64,000 nucleotides of DNA from Escherichia phage vB_EcoM_Lutter. The number at the start of each line of letters is the position of its first letter. Within the stretch, counting starts at the first letter, position 1. The notes beneath the pieces are model-generated. The model was not told where the DNA came from, did not search any database, and saw only the letters and a program-made list of their open reading frames with translations. Positions 37,216-49,497 of this stretch are shown here, one piece after another. The translations under genes and the position numbers were made by a program. The stretch is taken from sequence record NC_054924.1; one strand, 5' to 3'.

Positions 37216-37707
37216 ATGTTTGTAGATGATGTAACACGAGCGTTTGAATCTGGTGATTTTGCTCGACCTAACTTATTCCAAGTAGAAATTTCTTATCTTG
37301 GACAAAATTTTACGTTCCAATGTAAAGCTACTGCTTTACCAGCTGGTATTGTAGAAAAAATTCCAGTCGGATTTATGAACCGTAAAATTAACGTAGCAGG
37401 CGATCGTACATTCGATGACTGGACTGTTACAGTAATGAACGATGAAGCTCATGATGCTCGCCAGAAGTTCGTTGATTGGCAAAGCATTGCTGCGGGACAA
37501 GGAAACGAAATTACTGGTGGAAAACCTGCAGAGTATAAAAAGAGCGCTATCGTTCGTCAATATGCTCGTGACGCTAAAACAGTAACAAAAGAAATTGAAA
37601 TTAAAGGTCTGTGGCCTACTAACGTGGGTGAACTTCAATTAGATTGGGATTCAAACAATGAAATCCAAACCTTTGAAGTAACTCTTGCTCTCGATTATTG
37701 GGAATAA
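37216..37707 (+). CDS. 19: Tail tube protein
   Basis: 163 aa; synteny. Confidence 0.95.
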   Translation: MFVDDVTRAFESGDFARPNLFQVEISYLGQNFTFQCKATALPAGIVEKIPVGFMNRKINVAGDRTFDDWTVTVMNDEAHDARQKFVDWQSIAAGQGNEITGGKPAEYKKSAIVRQYARDAKTVTKEIEIKGLWPTNVGELQLDWDSNNEIQTFEVTLALDYWE

Positions 37708-37739
37708 AATGAATGGGGAGAAATCCCCATCCTGCTTAA

Positions 37740-39364
<1,625 letters not shown>

Positions 39365-39365
<1 letters not shown>

Positions 39366-39622
39366 TGGAAGGTTTAATTGAAGCTATTAAATCAAACGAC
39401 CTCGTAGCCGCTCGTAAATTATTTGCTGAAGCCATGGCTGCAAGAACGATTGATTTAATTAAAGAAGAAAAAATTGCTATCGCTCGTAATTTCTTAATTG
39501 AAGGTGAAGAACCTGATGATGAGGATGATGACGAAGACGAGGATGATGAAGATAGCGATGATAAAGACGACAAAAAAGACAAAGATTCTGACGAAGATGA
39601 CGAAGACGAGGATGATGAATAA
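39365..39622 (+). CDS. 67: Prohead core protein gp67 with polyacidic C-terminus
   Basis: 85 aa; [20 protein letters not shown]..., Asp/Glu-rich tail. Confidence 0.85.
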
Positions 39623-40047
39623 TGCTTCTGATCCCTGAAACTCATGAATTAGTTCTCGAGAATGTCGAAGCACTTATTCCTGAAGCACAGGGTCGCTTTG
39701 ACGAATTGTCTTCTGCTTTAAATAAAGACGATATAAATACAATTGTCGAGAATATGCTTGATGATGAAACTGATTTAGCGATTGCATTAGCTTCTATTAA
39801 TGAAGATATGCCGCTAAATGAATTCATCGTTAAACATGTTTCTGCTCGTGGTGAAATTACACGTACCAAAGACCGCAAGACGCGTGAACGTAATGCATTT
39901 CAAACCACCGGGCTGTCTAAAGCAAAACGTAGACAAATTGCTCGCAAAGCTACCAAAACGAAGATTGCCAATCCAGCAGGTCAATCTCGTGCTCAGCGTA
40001 AGCGTAAAAAAGCTCTTAAACGCCGTAAAGCATTAGGATTAAGCTAA
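39622..40047 (+). CDS. 68: Prohead core protein gp68
   Basis: 141 aa; synteny. Confidence 0.85.
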   Translation: MLLIPETHELVLENVEALIPEAQGRFDELSSALNKDDINTIVENMLDDETDLAIALASINEDMPLNEFIVKHVSARGEITRTKDRKTRERNAFQTTGLSKAKRRQIARKATKTKIANPAGQSRAQRKRKKALKRRKALGLS

Positions 40048-40685
40048 TGAATGAACCCCAATTACTAATTGAAACTTGGGGTCAACCTGGCGAAATTATT
40101 GATGGCGTACCAATGCTTGAATCCCACGATGGAAAAGACTTAGGTTTAAAACCTGGTTTATACATCGAAGGAATATTCATGCAAGCGGAAGTCGTCAATA
40201 GAAATAAACGTCTTTATCCAAAACGCATATTAGAAAAAGCGGTAAAAGACTATATCAATGAGCAAGTTTTAACTAAACAAGCTCTCGGAGAATTAAATCA
40301 TCCTCCACGCGCTAATGTTGACCCGATGCAAGCCGCTATCATTATAGAAGATATGTGGTGGAAAGGAAATGACGTATACGGACGAGCTCGTGTTATTGAA
40401 GGTGACCATGGTCCTGGAGATAAATTAGCAGCTAATATTCGTGCCGGATGGATTCCAGGAGTTTCTTCTCGTGGATTAGGTTCATTGACTGACACAAATA
40501 AAGGTTATCGTATCGTAAACGAAGGATTCAAATTAACTGTAGGTGTTGATGCAGTATGGGGTCCAAGTGCTCCAGATGCATGGGTAACTCCTAAGGAAAT
40601 TACCGAATCACAGACGGCGGAAGCCGATACAAGTGCCGATGACGCCTATATGGCTCTCGCAGAGGCCATGAAAAAAGCGTTATAA
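40047..40685 (+). CDS. 21: Prohead core protease
   Basis: 212 aa; synteny. Confidence 0.9.
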   Translation: MNEPQLLIETWGQPGEIIDGVPMLESHDGKDLGLKPGLYIEGIFMQAEVVNRNKRLYPKRILEKAVKDYINEQVLTKQALGELNHPPRANVDPMQAAIIIEDMWWKGNDVYGRARVIEGDHGPGDKLAANIRAGWIPGVSSRGLGSLTDTNKGYRIVNEGFKLTVGVDAVWGPSAPDAWVTPKEITESQTAEADTSADDAYMALAEAMKKAL

Positions 40686-40688
40686 ATA
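40681..40688 (+). promoter_or_regulatory. Late promoter (TATAAATA) for 22
   Basis: Exact TATAAATA overlapping the gene 21 stop. Confidence 0.55.
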
Positions 40689-40715
40689 TTATTATCTAAA
40701 CAACAGGACTACAAA

Positions 40716-41525
40716 ATGCTTAAAGAACAACTGATTGCCGAAGCGCAGAAAATTGATGCTTCCGTTGCTCTTGATAGTATTTTCGAATCAGTTAATATTT
40801 CTCCGGAAGCAAAAGAAACTTTCGGCACTGTATTCGAAGCTACCGTCAAGCAGCACGCCGTTAAATTAGCTGAATCTCATATCGCTAAAATTGCTGAAAA
40901 AGCAGAAGAAGAAGTAGAAAAAAATAAAGAAGAAGCCGAAGAAAAAGCTGAGAAGAAAATCGCTGAGCAAGCTTCTAAATTCCTTGACCATCTTGCAAAA
41001 GAATGGCTCACTGAAAATAAATTAGCAGTAGATAAAGGTATCAAAGCCGAACTGTTTGAATCCATGCTTGGTGGATTGAAAGAGCTCTTTGTTGAACACA
41101 ACGTTGTTGTTCCAGAAGAATCAGTTGATGTTGTAGCTGAAATGGAAGAAGAGCTGCAAGAACATAAAGAAGAATCAGCTCGTCTGTTCGAAGAACTCAA
41201 TAAGCGTGACGCATATATCAATTATGTGCAGCGTGAAGTGGCATTGAGCGAAAGTACTAAAGATCTGACTGAGTCTCAAAAAGAAAAAGTCTCTGCTCTG
41301 GTCGAAGGTATGGATTATTCAGATGCATTCTCAAGTAAATTGAGTGCAATCGTAGAAATGGTGAAGAAATCTAATAAAGATGAAAGCACTATTACTGAGA
41401 GTATAAATACTCCTGATACTGAAGCAGCCGGACTGAATTTCGTCACTGAAGCTGTAGAAGATAAAGCTGCACAGGGTGCAGAAGATATTGTAAGTGTATA
41501 TGCGAAAGTCGCATCTCGTTTCTAA
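40716..41525 (+). CDS. 22: Prohead scaffolding core protein
   Basis: 269 aa; acidic coiled-coil; synteny. Confidence 0.9.
   Translation: MLKEQLIAEAQKIDASVALDSIFESVNISPEAKETFGTVFEATVKQHAVKLAESHIAKIAEKAEEEVEKNKEEAEEKAEKKIAEQASKFLDHLAKEWLTENKLAVDKGIKAELFESMLGGLKELFVEHNVVVPEESVDVVAEMEEELQEHKEESARLFEELNKRDAYINYVQREVALSESTKDLTESQKEKVSALVEGMDYSDAFSSKLSAIVEMVKKSNKDESTITESINTPDTEAAGLNFVTEAVEDKAAQGAEDIVSVYAKVASRF
41402..41409 (+). promoter_or_regulatory. Late promoter (TATAAATA) for 23, inside the 3' end of gene 22
   Basis: Exact TATAAATA about 135 nt upstream of the gene 23 ATG. Confidence 0.5.
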
Positions 41526-41543
41526 TTTTAAAGGTTAACACAA

Positions 41544-43109
41544 ATGACTATCAAAACTAAAGCTGAACTTTTGAACAAATGGAAGCCATTACTGGAAGGT
41601 GAAGGTTTACCGGAAATTGCTAATAGCAAACAAGCGATTATCGCTAAAATCTTTGAAAACCAGGAAAAAGATTTCCAGACAGCTCCGGAATATAAAGACG
41701 AAAAAATTGCTCAGGCATTCGGTTCTTTCTTAACAGAAGCTGAAATCGGTGGTGACCACGGTTACAACGCTACTAACATCGCTGCTGGTCAGACTTCTGG
41801 CGCAGTAACCCAGATTGGCCCGGCTGTTATGGGTATGGTACGTCGTGCTATTCCTAACCTGATTGCTTTCGATATTTGTGGTGTTCAGCCGATGAACAGC
41901 CCAACCGGTCAGGTATTCGCACTCCGCGCGGTATATGGTAAAGATCCGATCGCTGCCGGTGCTAAAGAAGCATTCCACCCAATGTATGGTCCAGATGCAA
42001 TGTTCTCTGGTCAGGGTGCTGCTAAGAAATTCCCAGCTCTGGCTGCTAATACTACTACAGTTGTAGGTGACATCTATTCTCACTTCTTCCAGGAAACTGG
42101 TACTGTATATCTGCAAGCTTCTGCTATCGTAACACTTGATTCTGGCGCGACTGATGCAACTAAATTAGATGCCGAAGTTAAGAAACAAATGGAAGCTGGT
42201 GTACTGGTAGAAATCGCTGAAGGTATGGCTACTTCTATCGCTGAACTTCAGGAAGGTTTCAACGGTTCTACCGATAACCCATGGAATGAAATGGGCTTCC
42301 GTATCGATAAACAAGTTATCGAAGCTAAATCTCGTCAGCTGAAAGCTGCTTACTCCATCGAATTAGCACAAGACCTCCGCGCTGTTCACGGTATGGATGC
42401 TGATGCTGAACTGTCTGGTATTCTGGCTACCGAAATCATGCTGGAAATCAACCGTGAAGTTGTTGATTGGATTAACTACTCAGCTCAGGTTGGTAAATCT
42501 GGTATGACCCTGACTCCGGGTTCTAAAGCTGGTGTGTTTGACTTCCAGGATCCGATTGATATTCGTGGTGCTCGCTGGGCGGGTGAATCCTTTAAAGCTC
42601 TGTTGTTCCAGATTGACAAAGAAGCAGTTGAAATTGCTCGTCAGACCGGTCGTGGTGAAGGTAACTTCATTATCGCTTCCCGTAACGTAGTTAACGTTCT
42701 GGCTTCAGTTGATACTGGCATTTCTTATGCTGCACAGGGTCTGGCTACCGGCTTTAACACTGATACTACCAAGTCAGTATTTGCTGGTGTTCTGGGTGGT
42801 AAATACCGTGTATATATCGACCAGTATGCTAAACAGGATTATTTCACTGTAGGTTATAAAGGTCCGAACGAAATGGATGCTGGTATTTACTACGCTCCAT
42901 ATGTAGCTCTGACTCCGCTGCGTGGTTCCGATCCGAAGAACTTCCAACCAGTAATGGGATTCAAAACTCGTTACGGTATCGGTATCAACCCATTTGCAGA
43001 ATCCGCTGCTCAGGCTCCGGCTTCTCGCATCCAGAGCGGTATGCCTTCTATTCTGAATAGCCTTGGTAAAAACGCTTACTTCCGCCGTGTATATGTTAAA
43101 GGTATCTAA
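41544..43109 (+). CDS. 23: Major capsid protein
   Basis: 521 aa; MTIKTKAELLNKWKPLLEGEG..., near-identical to T4 gp23 by recall. Confidence 0.97.
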   Translation: MTIKTKAELLNKWKPLLEGEGLPEIANSKQAIIAKIFENQEKDFQTAPEYKDEKIAQAFGSFLTEAEIGGDHGYNATNIAAGQTSGAVTQIGPAVMGMVRRAIPNLIAFDICGVQPMNSPTGQVFALRAVYGKDPIAAGAKEAFHPMYGPDAMFSGQGAAKKFPALAANTTTVVGDIYSHFFQETGTVYLQASAIVTLDSGATDATKLDAEVKKQMEAGVLVEIAEGMATSIAELQEGFNGSTDNPWNEMGFRIDKQVIEAKSRQLKAAYSIELAQDLRAVHGMDADAELSGILATEIMLEINREVVDWINYSAQVGKSGMTLTPGSKAGVFDFQDPIDIRGARWAGESFKALLFQIDKEAVEIARQTGRGEGNFIIASRNVVNVLASVDTGISYAAQGLATGFNTDTTKSVFAGVLGGKYRVYIDQYAKQDYFTVGYKGPNEMDAGIYYAPYVALTPLRGSDPKNFQPVMGFKTRYGIGINPFAESAAQAPASRIQSGMPSILNSLGKNAYFRRVYVKGI

Positions 43110-43124
43110 TCTTTGACGATTTAA

Positions 43125-43144
43125 GGGACCTTCGGGTCCCTTTA
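43125..43144 (+). terminator. Intrinsic terminator with CUUCGG tetraloop after 23
   Basis: gggaccttcgggtccc followed by ttt. Confidence 0.6.
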
Positions 43145-43157
43145 GTTGTTTTTATGG

Positions 43158-43165
43158 TATAAATA
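43158..43165 (+). promoter_or_regulatory. Late promoter (TATAAATA) for 24
   Basis: Exact TATAAATA 28 nt upstream of the gene 24 ATG. Confidence 0.6.
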
Positions 43166-43192
43166 AATCATATAAACCAAAAGGAAAGCGCA

Positions 43193-44476
43193 ATGGCTAA
43201 AATCAACGAACTTCTGCGCGAATCAACCACAACGAATAGCAACTCAATCGGTCGCCCAAATCTCGTTGCTTTGACTCGCGCTACCACTAAATTAATATAT
43301 TCTGACATTGTAGCAACGCAAAGAACTAATCAACCTGTTGCTGCTTTTTATGGTATCAAATACCTTAACCCTGATAACGAATTTACATTTAAAACTGGTG
43401 CTACTTACGCCGGCGAAGCTGGGTATGTAGACCGAGAACAAATCACAGAATTAACAGAAGAGTCTAAATTAACTCTCAATAAAGGCGATTTATTCAAATA
43501 TAATAATATCGTTTATAAAGTATTAGAAGATACACCATTTGCTGATATTGAAGAAAGCGATTTAGAATTAGCTCTTCAGATTGCAATCGTTCTTTTAAAG
43601 GTTCGTCTATTTTCTGATGCTGCAGTAACAAGCAAATTTGAAAGCTCTGATAGTGAAATTGCGGATGCTAGATTCCAGATTAATAAATGGCAAACCGCAG
43701 TTAAATCTCGTAAACTTAAAACTGGCATTACGGTTGAATTAGCACAAGATTTAGAAGCAAATGGATTCGATGCTCCTAATTTCTTGGAAGATTTGCTTGC
43801 AACTGAAATGGCGGATGAAATCAATAAAGATATTCTGCAGTCTTTGATTACAGTATCAAAACGCTATAAAGTCACAGGAATTACTGATACTGGATTCATT
43901 GATTTGAGTTATGCATCTGCACCTGAAGCTGGTCGTTCATTATACCGAATGGTGTGTGAAATGGTTTCGCATATCCAAAAAGAATCAACTTATACAGCAA
44001 CGTTCTGTGTTGCTTCTGCTCGTGCCGCCGCGATTCTTGCTGCATCAGGTTGGTTAAAACATAAACCAGAAGATGATAAATATCTTTCACAAAATGCCTA
44101 CGGGTTCTTAGCTAATGGTTTACCGCTTTATTGCGATACTAACAGCCCATTAGATTATGTAATCGTTGGTGTAGTAGAAAATATCGGTGAAAAAGAAATT
44201 GTTGGATCAATTTTCTATGCTCCGTATACAGAAGGTCTCGACTTAGATGACCCTGAACATGTAGGTGCATTTAAAGTTGTTGTTGACCCAGAAAGTTTGC
44301 AGCCATCTATCGGTTTATTAGTTAGATATGCTTTATCAGCAAATCCTTACACCGTAGCAAAAGATGAAAAAGAAGCAAGAGTAATTGATGGTGGAGACAT
44401 GGATAAAATGGCGGGTCGTTCAGATTTGTCTGTTTTATTAGGTGTTAAGCTACCAAAAATTATCATTGATGAATAA
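43193..44476 (+). CDS. 24: Capsid vertex protein
   Basis: 427 aa; paralogous to gp23; synteny. Confidence 0.95.
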   Translation: MAKINELLRESTTTNSNSIGRPNLVALTRATTKLIYSDIVATQRTNQPVAAFYGIKYLNPDNEFTFKTGATYAGEAGYVDREQITELTEESKLTLNKGDLFKYNNIVYKVLEDTPFADIEESDLELALQIAIVLLKVRLFSDAAVTSKFESSDSEIADARFQINKWQTAVKSRKLKTGITVELAQDLEANGFDAPNFLEDLLATEMADEINKDILQSLITVSKRYKVTGITDTGFIDLSYASAPEAGRSLYRMVCEMVSHIQKESTYTATFCVASARAAAILAASGWLKHKPEDDKYLSQNAYGFLANGLPLYCDTNSPLDYVIVGVVENIGEKEIVGSIFYAPYTEGLDLDDPEHVGAFKVVVDPESLQPSIGLLVRYALSANPYTVAKDEKEARVIDGGDMDKMAGRSDLSVLLGVKLPKIIIDE

Positions 44477-44482
44477 AACAAA

Positions 44483-44504
44483 GGGACCTTTCGGTCCCTT
44501 TTTA
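44483..44504. terminator. Bidirectional intrinsic terminator between convergent 24 and rnlB
   Basis: gggacctttcggtccc flanked by A-run and T-run. Confidence 0.6.
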
Positions 44505-44505
44505 T

Positions 44506-45510
44506 TTAACTTACCAATTCAATCCAAGCCGGACGAAGTACATCTTGTACCATTTTAACTAATTCCTTTTTAATCAAAGAAGGATTATCCGCTTGAGTTA
44601 GAGTAATACCTTCACGAGAAGTTTCTTCCAAAATATCTTGAACAGTTAGTCCCATCACCTTTCCAAAATCTTTTGGACCAATTTCGCCAATTTTAGAAAT
44701 AACGTTATTTACTCGGTTTAGTGTAACGTAACAAGCTAAAATCCCCACCAATTTGTTATCAGCTTCTGACAGTTCAACTTTAGCTTTAATAGGCTTATCA
44801 GACTTTTTCTTTTCACTAAATTTAGAATTCTTGCATTTGATGGCTACACGATTGCGATTAGGCAGCCAAGAAGGATAACAAGGTTTCAATACATATCCTT
44901 CAGCGGTAAATACTTCGCCTTTGGCTTCAGCTTTCCAAACACATTTGTTAGCGTCAATTAAACCTGCATTATCTACGGTAAAATTATAAGACGGAACAAC
45001 AGAATCCAAATCATTTGGAAGTTTAATAAGATCTTCAAATTTACCACGACCCAAAAGTGGAGCGATTTTAAACCCAAATGAATTACAAAACGATTCCATC
45101 ATGTAATCATCAACATAAGTTACATCACCACTTTCGGTAGTGACAATAATGTCAAATACATAAAAATCTTTATCGCCATAATCAACATTCTTCTGAATGC
45201 CAGGTCCAGCGAATTCGCCAAAAACTTGATAAGTCACAACAGCTGAAGTTTCCATAATTTCTTGGACAGCTTTAATAGAATCTTCGTAATTCTTTAAAAT
45301 AATTTCATAACCGAAGAAATCTTCAGCAGGAAGAATTGGTCCAGTACGTTTAGCGCAAGTTACTTTATCACGCTCAATAATCAATGAGAAATTTGTGCCG
45401 TGAATCTTTTCACGAGCTACCCATTCGCCGCCAGTCAATCCCAAGCTATAAAGTTTTTCAATAAATTTAGAGTTGTAATGATTTTCAAGACTGCTATACT
45501 TTTTAAACAT
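44506..45510 (-). CDS. rnlB: RNA ligase 2
   Basis: 334 aa; nucleotidyltransferase motif [10 protein letters not shown]; T4 position after 24. Confidence 0.9.
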   Translation of the reverse strand: MFKKYSSLENHYNSKFIEKLYSLGLTGGEWVAREKIHGTNFSLIIERDKVTCAKRTGPILPAEDFFGYEIILKNYEDSIKAVQEIMETSAVVTYQVFGEFAGPGIQKNVDYGDKDFYVFDIIVTTESGDVTYVDDYMMESFCNSFGFKIAPLLGRGKFEDLIKLPNDLDSVVPSYNFTVDNAGLIDANKCVWKAEAKGEVFTAEGYVLKPCYPSWLPNRNRVAIKCKNSKFSEKKKSDKPIKAKVELSEADNKLVGILACYVTLNRVNNVISKIGEIGPKDFGKVMGLTVQDILEETSREGITLTQADNPSLIKKELVKMVQDVLRPAWIELVS

Positions 45511-45519
45511 AATTAATCC

Positions 45520-45798
45520 TCAAAATGTAATTTCTAACCAATCACCATCACGCTGATCACTATTGACTTTAAAGCTGAATCCCTCTTTTCTCAGCCAATC
45601 ACCAATTTCTTCAGTAATCAATTTATCGCGAGCAGTACAATAATAACTAAAATATGTTTTACCTTGTTCAGCTGCTTTATTAGCAAGTTCTGAAAAATCT
45701 TTAATAAAACACTCTAGCTTAAACTGTTTACTTTTTAATGCTTTTTCACGTAATTGATTAGCAAAAGATTCATTTTCATAAAGATCATACTGTTCCAT
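45520..45798 (-). CDS. Hypothetical protein (24.2-like)
   Basis: 92 aa ORF; synteny. Confidence 0.6.
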   Translation of the reverse strand: MEQYDLYENESFANQLREKALKSKQFKLECFIKDFSELANKAAEQGKTYFSYYCTARDKLITEEIGDWLRKEGFSFKVNSDQRDGDWLEITF

Positions 45799-46000
45799 TT
45801 TTCACCTTTTTATTGATATGTCTTTTTCTATAGACAACTTTTTCTCGAGTTTCAAATTTATTCTTAGCAGTCATAGCTCGAGCCCATAATACAGCCACTT
45901 CTTTCGCCTGTAAGTTTAATTCACGAGCAATTTCAATGAATGACTTTCCAGACTCATGAAGAGTAAACACCACAACCTCAGTTCTCATAATCAATCTCAT
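45785..46000 (-). CDS. Hypothetical small basic protein (24.3-like)
   Basis: 71 aa ORF; synteny. Confidence 0.55.
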   Translation of the reverse strand: MRLIMRTEVVVFTLHESGKSFIEIARELNLQAKEVAVLWARAMTAKNKFETREKVVYRKRHINKKVKNGTV

Positions 46001-46069
46001 GTTATCGAGTTGGTGCCATTATATACATCATTTTCTGATTGTGTTTTGTGTGCTTTCAAAATGAAGAAA

Positions 46070-46083
46070 GGGGCCGAAGCCCC
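46070..46083 (-). terminator. Stem-loop with UUCG tetraloop after hoc
   Basis: ggggccgaagcccc, same motif as 4901-4914. Confidence 0.5.
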
Positions 46084-46089
46084 TTATGA

Positions 46090-47220
46090 TTATGGATAGG
46101 TATAGATGATACCAGTTTCTAAAGCAGTTTTATGAATGATGTATCCATTACGTGATTCTTGAACATCAACTTCTGGATAGTCTTTCATCATCTTCTGAAG
46201 GGTGTAACGATGCAGGTAGTATTTACTATCTGGATCTTCAGTTTTCCAATCTTTACCTTCTTCGGTCATTTTTTGGATTTCATCCATAACCCACCAACCG
46301 CACCAGATGTAAGCTGAAGTACGATGTGGAAGAGGATGAACATAAGGTAATTCACCTTCTGGTTCCGGAGCAACTTTATCAGTTACCTGAACTTGACCTT
46401 CTGCTGTAATAGTTTTGCTATCGTAATCAGTTGCAGTAATAGTTGCAGTAACTTCAATAGTTTGACTTCCAATAGATGATGTATCAACAGTGTATACATT
46501 AGTTGACCCTTCTACTGGAGAAGAATCTTTCTTCCATGAATATTCGATTTGTGCTTCTTCTGGAGCATCCGTAACATTAGCAGTAAATGTAGCCGAAGCA
46601 TCTTGCTGAACGTTAATAGAAGGAGGAGTCAATGTAACCCGTGGATTCATTGTTTTCTTATTAACAGTCAATGATACTTCATTAGAAGTAACTTCCTTTT
46701 CATTGTAATTTTCTGCAGTTACTTGCGCTACACACTTAACTGTTTTAGCTCCAACTGTGGTAGGAGTATAGTTAAATGTAGTAGTAGTTTCTCCATCGAC
46801 CAGAGAACCGTCAACATACCACTGATACGTAGCAGATGCTCCTAGCGGCTGCGAAGCTAAGGCAGCAGTAAATTGAACTGGGGTTCCAATTACTCCTGCT
46901 GGAGGACTATCAGGAGTTACTGCCAACGTAGTTGACTGAGTTTTATTTTTAACCGTGATAGTCGTAGTAATTTCTGCTGTTTCGGGACTACTATCGGCAA
47001 CTTGATTTGTTGCAACAACTTTAATTGTTTTTGTTCCAGCAGGTCCTTTTAATACATAATTAAAAGTTGCTTCAGCTCCATCTTGTGGAACATCATCTAC
47101 GCTCCAAGCATATGTAATAGGTCCATCTCCAGTTTGACCACTGGGTGTAGCAGTAAACTGCTGAGTCTGATCTATAACTCCAGTAGGTGTTTTAGGAGTT
47201 ATATCAACTGTAAAAGTCAT
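46090..47220 (-). CDS. hoc: Highly immunogenic outer capsid protein (Ig-like domains)
   Basis: 376 aa, T/V/S-rich beta-type repeats; synteny. Confidence 0.9.
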   Translation of the reverse strand: MTFTVDITPKTPTGVIDQTQQFTATPSGQTGDGPITYAWSVDDVPQDGAEATFNYVLKGPAGTKTIKVVATNQVADSSPETAEITTTITVKNKTQSTTLAVTPDSPPAGVIGTPVQFTAALASQPLGASATYQWYVDGSLVDGETTTTFNYTPTTVGAKTVKCVAQVTAENYNEKEVTSNEVSLTVNKKTMNPRVTLTPPSINVQQDASATFTANVTDAPEEAQIEYSWKKDSSPVEGSTNVYTVDTSSIGSQTIEVTATITATDYDSKTITAEGQVQVTDKVAPEPEGELPYVHPLPHRTSAYIWCGWWVMDEIQKMTEEGKDWKTEDPDSKYYLHRYTLQKMMKDYPEVDVQESRNGYIIHKTALETGIIYTYP

Positions 47221-47229
47221 AAGTTATCC

Positions 47230-47910
47230 TTATTTTAATGTTACGAAAGAAGAATTGCGTGTTTCACGAATTAAAACTGATCCGTCACGGTTAATGTAAT
47301 AAATTAAGCTAAATAAAGTTTGGTGTGCTGACGCATGCTCAAAACTTGTTGGGTGAGATTTCCAATCCGGAGTTTCAGCTATCCATTGATAAATCCACCA
47401 AGGAACAGTGCAGAATCCTGGATTTTTTCCAATCAGCTGAAGATTCGGACTAAAGTTTTCCGGAAGAGTAAATACAGACGGCTTTTCAGATTCAATAATC
47501 TCAGCTACAGCCTGCTCGAATTTTTCTTCAACAAAAGGAGTATCTTCAATCAAAACATCGGTATTTTCAGGAATTTTATCCGTTTCTACTACTTCAATTT
47601 TAATGTCAGATTTAACCGGAGAATCAATCAGAAGTGCTGCTTCTGGATTGACTTCTTCATCGTCATATTTTAACCCCTCTGCAGCATCAGCAGCATCAAT
47701 TAAGTCTTTAATAGATAACCCATCAGTCTCTGGCATAGGTTCACTAGCGAGCTTCTGGAGGGCTTCTTCAATATCAACAACGATATTATCAAAAGATTTA
47801 TTCTTTTTGACTTTTATACCAAACTGTTCAGCATATTCAGCTAATTTAGCTTTAGCTTCTTTATTATCATCAAGAGCCTTCAGCTCTGCAATATAATCTT
47901 TATCTATCAT
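47230..47910 (-). CDS. inh: Inhibitor of prohead protease
   Basis: 226 aa; position between hoc and uvsW. Confidence 0.8.
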   Translation of the reverse strand: MIDKDYIAELKALDDNKEAKAKLAEYAEQFGIKVKKNKSFDNIVVDIEEALQKLASEPMPETDGLSIKDLIDAADAAEGLKYDDEEVNPEAALLIDSPVKSDIKIEVVETDKIPENTDVLIEDTPFVEEKFEQAVAEIIESEKPSVFTLPENFSPNLQLIGKNPGFCTVPWWIYQWIAETPDWKSHPTSFEHASAHQTLFSLIYYINRDGSVLIRETRNSSFVTLK

Positions 47911-47923
47911 AATATTTCCTCAG

Positions 47924-47931
47924 TATAAATA
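47924..47931 (+). promoter_or_regulatory. Late promoter (TATAAATA) for uvsW
   Basis: Exact TATAAATA 30 nt upstream of the uvsW ATG. Confidence 0.55.
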
Positions 47932-47960
47932 TAGATATATTTATTACATGGTATTTAGAC

Positions 47961-49472
47961 ATGACTGACATTAAAGTACATTTTTATGATTTTAGTCACG
48001 TGAGAATTGATTGTGAAGAAAGCACATTTCATGAACTCCGTGATTTCTTTAGCTTTGAAGCTGATGGGTATCGTTTTAATCCGAAGTACAAATATGGTCA
48101 CTGGGATGGACGAATCCGTCTTTTAGATTATAATCGTCTTCTTCCATTCGGTTTAGTCGGGCAAATTAAAAAGTTCTGTGATAACTTTGGCTATAAAGCC
48201 TGGATTGACCCACAGATTAACGAAAAAGAAGAATTATCAAGAAAAGATTTTGATGAATGGCTTTCTAAATTAGAAATCTATTCAGGAAATAAAAGAATTG
48301 AACCACACTGGTATCAAAAAGATGCAGTGTTCGAAGGATTAGTTAATCGTCGTAGAATTCTTAATCTTCCAACATCCGCTGGTAAATCGTTAATTCAAGC
48401 TCTGCTTGCTCGGTATTATTTGGAAAATTATGAAGGTAAAATTCTTATCATTGTTCCAACAACTGCTCTAACAACTCAGATGGCTGATGACTTCGTTGAC
48501 TATCGTTTATTCAGTCATGCAATGATAAAGAAAATTGGTGGCGGAGCATCAAAAGATGATAAATATAAAAATGATGCACCAGTCGTTGTTGGTACATGGC
48601 AAACTGTAGTAAAACAACCGAAAGAATGGTTCTCACAGTTTGGAATGATGATGAATGATGAATGCCATCTTGCTACAGGAAAAAGTATTTCATCTATCAT
48701 ATCAGGTTTAAATAACTGTATGTTTAAATTTGGTTTGTCTGGTTCATTACGTGACGGCAAAGCCAATATCATGCAGTATGTTGGAATGTTTGGTGAAATA
48801 TTTAAGCCAGTAACGACCTCTAAATTAATGGAAGATGGACAAGTAACTGAGTTAAAAATTAATAGTATTTTTCTTCGCTATCCCGATGAGTTCACTACTA
48901 AATTAAAGGGAAAAACTTACCAAGAAGAAATAAAAATTATTACTGGGCTCAGTAAAAGAAATAAATGGATCGCTAAATTAGCTATTAAGCTTGCACAAAA
49001 AGATGAAAACGCTTTTGTCATGTTTAAACATGTATCGCATGGTAAAGCTATTTTCGATTTAATTAAAAATGAATACGATAAAGTTTATTACGTATCAGGG
49101 GAAGTTGATACCGAAACCCGCAATATAATGAAAACCTTAGCTGAAAATGGTAAAGGAATAATTATAGTAGCTAGTTATGGTGTATTTTCTACTGGTATTT
49201 CAGTTAAAAATCTACATCACGTTGTTTTAGCGCACGGTGTTAAATCAAAAATCATTGTATTACAAACAATCGGTCGTGTATTACGTAAGCATGGTTCTAA
49301 GACAATAGCAACAGTCTGGGATCTTATAGATGACGCGGGCGTTAAGCCAAAATCTGCTAATACGAAAAAGAAATATGTTCATTTGAACTATCTTTTAAAA
49401 CACGGCATTGATCGTATTCAGCGCTACGCAGATGAAAAATTTAATTACGTAATGAAAACAGTTAATTTATAA
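47961..49472 (+). CDS. uvsW: UvsW DNA/RNA helicase (SF2)
   Basis: 503 aa; Walker A LPTSAGKS, DECH box MMNDECH. Confidence 0.95.
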   Translation: MTDIKVHFYDFSHVRIDCEESTFHELRDFFSFEADGYRFNPKYKYGHWDGRIRLLDYNRLLPFGLVGQIKKFCDNFGYKAWIDPQINEKEELSRKDFDEWLSKLEIYSGNKRIEPHWYQKDAVFEGLVNRRRILNLPTSAGKSLIQALLARYYLENYEGKILIIVPTTALTTQMADDFVDYRLFSHAMIKKIGGGASKDDKYKNDAPVVVGTWQTVVKQPKEWFSQFGMMMNDECHLATGKSISSIISGLNNCMFKFGLSGSLRDGKANIMQYVGMFGEIFKPVTTSKLMEDGQVTELKINSIFLRYPDEFTTKLKGKTYQEEIKIITGLSKRNKWIAKLAIKLAQKDENAFVMFKHVSHGKAIFDLIKNEYDKVYYVSGEVDTETRNIMKTLAENGKGIIIVASYGVFSTGISVKNLHHVVLAHGVKSKIIVLQTIGRVLRKHGSKTIATVWDLIDDAGVKPKSANTKKKYVHLNYLLKHGIDRIQRYADEKFNYVMKTVNL

Positions 49473-49487
49473 GGGCTTCGGCCCTTT
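49473..49487 (+). terminator. Stem-loop with UUCG loop after uvsW
   Basis: gggcttcggccc followed by ttt. Confidence 0.5.
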
Positions 49488-49497
49488 GGAGAAAAAG

